Source: Vitrella brassicaformis CCMP3155
Lineage: Eukaryota > Protista > Chromerida
Assembly (NCBI GenBank): GCA_001179505.1
Contig: CDMY01000236.1
Span: 93,246 to 157,245 of the forward strand
Direction: 5' to 3'
DNA length: 64,000 nucleotides
Shown: positions 57,810-64,000 of the stretch, piece by piece
How the letters are laid out: each line of letters starts with the position of its first letter
How positions within the stretch are numbered: the first letter of the stretch is position 1
Program-made: the position numbers and the translations under genes
Notes under the pieces: model-generated
Database searches by the model: none
Told to the model about the DNA's origin: nothing
Seen by the model: only the letters and a program-made list of their open reading frames with translations

Positions 57810-59378
57810 GTGTGACCTACCGCCATTGTGGCGAGCATACCCATGCGCTGATTGTCAACAATGCCTGACACAGCACAGCGCAGCACGCACAGGCAGCTGC
57901 GCGTGCACGAAGCGCTTCTTGCGTGCTGGGTGGAACCTTCAATGTTGGGATCGATCGACGCCTGCACGGCCGCCGCCGCAAGCTGGCAGAAATCACACAA
58001 GCAGATAGGACCTACCATCTGTCTGTGCACCCTCTCGCTCACCGTGTTGAGATCTGTCGGCTCGTCCACCCCAGAGAGGCCGAAGCCGACGTAGTTGAGC
58101 ATCGTCTCGTTGACGGCGCTGCCTGCAGGCAATATTCATATCAGAACCTGAGTGAGTGTGCATCCGTCCGCATTTGAGCATCCATCCATCCATCAAGACT
58201 GCCGTGCTGACCGATCTTGAGGAGGGAGGCCATTTGCGGCGATCCCGGCTTCGACTCGTGGTAAATCATGCCTGCATGGCATCGATCAATGAATCAACAC
58301 TGTCGATTCGATTGCCTTTCGTTTTCTGCCCACCTGCATACAAGAAGGCCGACCTCAGCTCATCGTGGCCGTAGGTGCGGAGCTCCTGCCCATGACAACA
58401 CACGACGCGCCGTACGTATGGACAGTACGTATGGACAGCCCTCTGTGCTGTGTTGCTTGCTTGCTTGCTTGCTTGCTTGATTGGTGTGTGTGGTTAGACA
58501 CATACATTTTCGACGTCCCTCTTGGCGAGTATGTATCTCTGGAGGAAGGGCGGGGCGCTCTTGGCCGACACAAAGACAAACGACTGCACGGGGGGCAGTC
58601 TCCGGGCCTCGCGAGCCACAACCAACGCCTGAGCCAATTTTGCCAGTGAATGAGGGGTGCTCAAGGCTTGATGTTGCCCCTACCTACCGTATCTCTGTTG
58701 ACTTGCTCATATGACAGACCTGCGCACGTTGAACAAAGGGAAAGCATAACGCATCCAATCCATGCACTATAATGTGCGTGTCCGTCTTCTCACCAGCGCC
58801 AGACGCCTGAGAGCCGCTGACGAACTTGTTCAAGTTGTTCTCTGCACCCCTCATACACAGGGCATCGCATCCATCGGTGCGGTGCCCGTGTCGTGTCGTG
58901 TCGTGTCGTGTCGTTTCTCAGCGAGTGCGTGTACCGAGGAGAATGCCGATAGAGTGAATGACTCCATTGCAGGTCTCCAGGTGGGAGCGGAAAGAGGGCG
59001 GGTCCAGGGCACTCCCCGCCACCCACTGCACCTCCTTCGCCCACGGCTGATGGATGGATGGATTGACGACGCGTACATACACGCCCAACAACAAGAACAG
59101 GTCACATTTCATGCGCCGCCTCTGTCTGTGTTTCTTTGTTTATGTTTGCATGGCGCCTCACCTCTTTGGCTATCTTGTCTGTCGCCTTGCCTCGACGGCT
59201 GCATCCATCCATCCATCCAGTCCAGTCATGAATCAACTTAGATCACAGATGCGATGCGCGTTGTGCGATAAGTGTTTGGTGCAGACCTCAGGCTGACGAC
59301 TTCGATGCCTCTTTCGATGGCCTTGCGGCAGATCTGTGAGCCCACAAACCCGTTGCCACCCAGCACCAGGATCTTCAT
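57810..59378 (-). CDS. Atypical SDR / NAD-dependent epimerase family, Coq11/NDUFA9-like
   Basis: MKILVLGGNGFVGSQICRKA; PWAKEVQWVAGSALDP; VIHSIGILL; FVFVSA..APPFLQRYILAKRDVEN (YxxxK); LAAAAVQASIDP. About 9 exons; 3' end approximate. Confidence 0.75.
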
Positions 59379-59606
59379 CGCTGAACGCAGCTCTTATGGC
59401 GTCATCCTGCCTTGCTCACTCGCCTTAGCTGACGCTGCTCCCAATATGCTCCTGCTCCTCGAGGGGGAAGATTGCCACATTTGCGAGCTAAGCTTCATTT
59501 TCCCCCCTTTTCCCTTTTTCCGAGGGGGAAAGGGCCCAGATAGGGACGAAGAGGACCGACATAGCGCGGATCTACTCAATCTGCTTGGATGAGTCATCGA
59601 TGATCT

Positions 59607-62600
59607 ATGGATCTGTCCCGCAGCGTGCGCCTCCTTCCCGCCTCCTTCACTCGCACGGCCGCAGCACCAGCATGCATCATCACAAGACCGCAGCAGTCCA
59701 GACGACGAAGCATCGCCACTCAGCCGGCAGCTGTACTTCCAGATGATTCATCGCAGGCCGCCCACTTGTCTGCAAAACGCGGCGCCCCTTTCCCCGGCGG
59801 CAACCCTCTGGATGTGGTCAAGTACCGCACGCCCCATCAGCTGGTGCAGACGATGCGGCAGCTGCTGCACAGCCCACACATGACACTCGAGGAGAGGTTC
59901 CAGGGCCTCCAGTACTGCCTCGCCCATGCACAGCGGTCCACTCCCGTCGCCCAGTCGCTCGCGACGCAGTGCCAGCCGGCTTTGCGATCGTTGCAGGAGG
60001 AGTACCGGGAGGCAGTGGCGCACCGCCAGATGCTGTTTAGCGCCGAGGGGCGGCGGCAGATCGAGAAGAGCCGGGAGGTTCAGGAGAGGATAGACGGCCC
60101 GGCCACGAGTGGACGGCGGCGGGGGATGATGTTCAAGAGGAGGGGGGTCGACTATGGGAGTGGGGGTGGCGGTGGCGAGGTGGTGCTCCCGGCAGCGAGG
60201 TGTGACGCTCCTGTGTTGATGCCCGAGGGCCACTATAAGGATGCGATGGAGCGGCTGCTGTCCGAGGCCGTCGAGGAGGTGGCGGAGGATGAGAAACTCC
60301 CACTCGCAAGACGGATACCTCTCATGGTCAGCCAGGTGGACCAACCTGATGCATCCATCCCATCCCATCACTTGTGTGTGTTGTTTTGTGGTTTGTGGTG
60401 TGTGCCCACAGGTGGAGGAGATGCTACCGATAGACTTCACGGGTGTGAAGCCCATCGACATTTTGGTGGTGGACCGGCGCGACACGGATGCCCACGCCAG
60501 GCATGTGGCCAACCTTTCCGGATGGCACGGCGAGGACGACGAGTCGCCACTCTACAAACCGCCACCCTACCCTCACGCAGCCTCCGTGTTCTTTGCAATC
60601 CTCCAACACAAGAAGGGACCGCTGCAGCGAGGGTAAGTAAGGGGGCATCTCGCTGGGAGTCCGTGTGTCTGTGCGTTCGTGTGTTGTGCAGGAAGGGTTA
60701 CGACGTGGTGACGTCGTTCGACCTGCTGAGCCACCAGTGGGTGTTTGATCGAGTGCGCAGCAAGGCCATGCAGTTCTTCGGTCAGTACTGGCGGTTCGAG
60801 AAGCAGGACGACGGCTCCGCCAAGCGGCGGCTGCACCGGGACCTGCTGCTTTTCCTGCTCAAGGTGTCTGAGAAGCTGTTCCTCCTCGCCATGCACCACC
60901 ACGCTCCTGCACTCAGGGCGCGACAGACACAGCTGGAACACAGAGGGAATGAGGCCATGCAGAGGGTGGGAGGGAGGGAGGCAACCACACGAACGGTCTG
61001 GGCGATTGTGATTTTGTGTGTTGGTTTGTTGGTGTAGGCGTTGTTGGGTAGTCTTCACCTGCCGCCCCGTGGGTGTGACGTGCGTGAAGCGTTTGGTCTG
61101 CCGCGGCACCGCAGCAGCCCCAACCCCCTCAGCCCCACACCCATCATTTACTGGCAATTCAAACTGCTGCAGAACAAGTGAGGGAGGAAGGCAAGGAAAT
61201 GACAGACAAGGGCAGCAGACCACAGCAATGCACGCATTGTGCGTGGTGTGGTTTGGTGTATGTTGGCGGCAGGCCGTATGTGTTGGACCTGCGGGATGAT
61301 GACCGCAATCTGCCGACGTGGAAGGCGGTCGAGCAAATGGTATGCACACGCACACCCACCACAAGGAGGGAAGTAATGACAAACAAGAGCTGTCTCCTTC
61401 ACCTGCTTGCAGCTGTCTACCACTCCCCTGAAACACCGTCGCTTCACTGCCTACCTGGTACGGTACACCAACAGCATCGCACTCACTGACCTACTTCCTC
61501 ATCCATCCGGTCGTCTGTTGATCAGGAGCTGACATGCCTGTCGGACGAGACGGCCCAGCGGTTCTGGGGCGAGGGCTCGCCAAGACCACACAGCGGCACA
61601 GGCGCCACGGGTGGGGCCTACAGCGCGCCCCTGTGCGTGGCCATCACACAGGAGCTCCTCATGTCCCTGGCCAAGTACCTTCTAGCGCTGTGGTCGCCCA
61701 ATGGGGCCGACCCCGCACTGATGGACATGGAGTATGGGCCAGATGACGGCCACCATGTGGACAAGCCCACGGTGCCCGACGGACCGGTGAGCAACCATGG
61801 GTGTCGTGTCTTGTGGGGCCCCATCGACATGCAAGAAGAGTTGTGTCCTCAGGTGACGGTGATGGTGGTGGGTGTCGGTGCCTCGAGACTCGCATTCTAT
61901 TTACGGCAGCTCTGGCAGGTATAGGTCATCACACACCCGTCCGGCACCCCATACATACACGCGCACATGTATGTATGTATGTATGGGTTCTTCTGTCCAC
62001 CACCAGTCCCTCCGCAAGTCGTCCCGGCGCACCGCCCGTGACCACAGCTCAGTGCAGTTCGACTGGGAGGGCGACGCACCAGCCTCCCCCGGACCAGCAG
62101 GTGACACCACACTGCCGTCGAGAGGCGGCAGGCGGCGGCGTGTGTTTCGTCCGTCGGCTGACAAGGCCGACAGTGCCGATCAGGTGCCACAAGTCAACTT
62201 CATCTCAGTGGCTGTCAGGTCAGGTAGAATGAAAGGCATCAGGCCGGGTGGGTGCGGTGCAAGGATGAGATGCGTGGAGTGGATGTATTGTGTTTCAGGC
62301 CAGAGCGGATCGTCAACTCAGTGCGTCGCAGCGCATGGGATGATGAAGCGCTGGCACGTGCAGCTGACAAGAGCACGACCACGCCCCCACTGCCAGTGGA
62401 GCCGGCATGTGAAGACAGCTCTGAGACCCTCATCGACTCTGCCACTGGTGAGTGAATGATGCATCAGTCTGCTAGAGCATTCGGCGCTCCCTCGTGCTGT
62501 CTATCCATGTGTGTATGTATGTATGCTTTTGTCCAGGTTGTGTTCGTTTCCCGTACGACGAGGACGCCAAGCTGTCGGACGCATTGCACAGGCACCAACC

Positions 62601-63070
62601 AAAGTGAGCCGCGCGTGTGCATATACACACAAGAGTATGGTGACCTGTCCATCCGCCTTGTGGCTGCTGCCTGCCTGCCTGCCTGCCTGGGTCCCTGCGT
62701 ATGTGCAGTTACGCCTTGTGTGTGGGGATGCCGCCCGGCCGCGATTGGACCTTCCACTTCCGCAAACACCCATCTGTACAGGTAAGGTGGGCTGGTCACA
62801 AGCAACGCGCAATCAATGATGGAAACAAAACCCACCTGTCTGTCTGTCTGTCTGTCTCTCTGCCAGGAGTACATGGTGTTGGGCCCCCGGGATTCTCCCC
62901 TGAATGGCAACCTGCGGCTGACGTGGGGCCAGCCGCTGCTTTTCGACAAGGCCGACCCGTCCGACGCCCCTTTTGTGCGCGACGGCTTCAGGCGCTTCAA
63001 CGCCACGGCCGTGTCCAAGCAGTGCATAGGCACACTCGACAGCCCAGGTAATTTGCGGCACAGAGAGTGA
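59607..63070 (+). CDS. Putative organelle-targeted protein with a C-terminal class I SAM-methyltransferase-like domain
   Basis: Arg/Ser-rich N-terminus. Spliced ITQELLMSLAKYL, VMVVGVGASRLAFYL, ALHRHQP|NYALCVGMPPGRDWTFHFRKHPSVQ|EYMVLG...LTWG. This recalls an uncharacterised methyltransferase-fold family (from memory, not searched). Confidence 0.55.
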
Positions 63071-63399
63071 CAAGCGAGTGGCCGTATGCGTGTGTGCGTG
63101 TGTTTGTGGAGATGTGTTGTGTGTGACTGTTGGTATGGTGTAGAGGTGATGGGCCACACGTGGGCGACGGTATTCCGCCGTGTGTACAGTCTTGACCCCA
63201 AGGCCCGTACCGCCCTCGTATTCCCTCCGGCTGCCAGCCTGGGGTGGTGATGCACTCTCTGCACCAACCAGGGCAGACGGAGGAGAGAAACAAGGGGGAA
63301 AGGTGGCTGGGCTGGCTGCTAGAAATGTATGTGTGCTGCGTGTTAGTGAGTGCAGACAGTGGCACTGCATGCATTGAGGCATTCGTAGGTGATAGGCCA

Positions 63400-63880
63400 T
63401 GAAGGCGTTCTTGGCCGTTCTCCAGATTCCGTCCAAACTCGCAAGTATAGTTCTCCCGTTGGTGAGAATGCAAGACGTTGTGGCATCCAGTGTGCATCGG
63501 TCCAGTCGCTTTTGACGTGAACATCTGACATCGAGCCGTGGGCGTCTCAACCTCTGTTCCATCTGAAGCTCTTACTGCGCCACTTCTCACGTACCGTCGG
63601 CAGAAAAATGGCGAGAAAAGAAAGACCGGAGACAAACCCCGCAAAGAATAAGCCGTTTTCGTCGCCTCCTTCATGGCCAGAAGGCGTTCTTGGCCGTTCG
63701 AAGCTCGCAAGTTGCCCCCATGAGAATGTTTCCAGCGTATAGAACCACGCCTGTGCATTCCAGGCCTTCGGATGCAGTGGCATCCCGCATACATCAGCTC
63801 CAGTTGTTCTTTTGACGGAACATCGTGACAATCGAGCCGTGGGCGTCCCAACTTCTGTCGTACCGTCAAGCTTGATACCG
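63400..63880. repeat. Degenerate tandem duplication, period ~280-300 bp
   Basis: gaaggcgttcttggccgttc at 63401 and 63680; tcgagccgtgggcgtc at 63531 and 63832. Confidence 0.8.
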
Positions 63881-64000
63881 CCTGAGGTCTCACGCATTGC
63901 TGAGGGGGGCCGTGACCCCGCCGTGAGGGCATGGACGTCACCGACCCCGCTGACATGTGTAGCTGCCCCCCTCCCCAGCCCTACCCCTCACCAGGCAGTG

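Noticed and set aside
1-64000. rRNA, tRNA, CRISPR arrays, transposases, and most short ORFs in the track
   Set aside because: None recognised. The many short Cys/Val/His/Thr-rich ORFs come from (GT)n/(CA)n introns, alternative start codons or antisense frames.

Overview
Eukaryotic nuclear DNA: GC-rich, gene-dense, with short introns full of microsatellites ((GT)n, (GACA)n, (GGAT)n, (CAGCA)n). The style and gene families point to a chromerid alga such as Vitrella brassicaformis (inference, not verified). I can reconstruct about 25 protein-coding genes by manual splicing. They include a full-length Pol I-type family A DNA polymerase, an S4-domain pseudouridine synthase, a bacterial-type beta-helix surface protein, a RAP-type helical-repeat protein, a highly divergent histone H3, two BTB proteins, an epoxide-hydrolase-like enzyme, NIT2, a secreted GH3 beta-glucosidase with trefoil-like and CBM1-like modules, PEBP, a cyclin, a beta-hydroxyacid dehydrogenase, a Coq11-like SDR, a SAM-methyltransferase-like protein, an atypical kinase and several lineage-specific family members. 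No rRNA, tRNA, CRISPR array or transposase was recognised, and there is a 300-N gap at 8197-8496. The most notable unexplained structures are: (i) a ~345-bp direct repeat bounding a ~9.8-kb patchwork block and supplying the same stop codon and 3' UTR to two unrelated genes; (ii) eight very compact head-to-head gene pairs, most carrying a shared AGCTCGCA motif; (iii) the GH3 domain architecture; (iv) the H3 variant; (v) motif substitutions in the PolA. All splice models are by eye, and no database searches were run.
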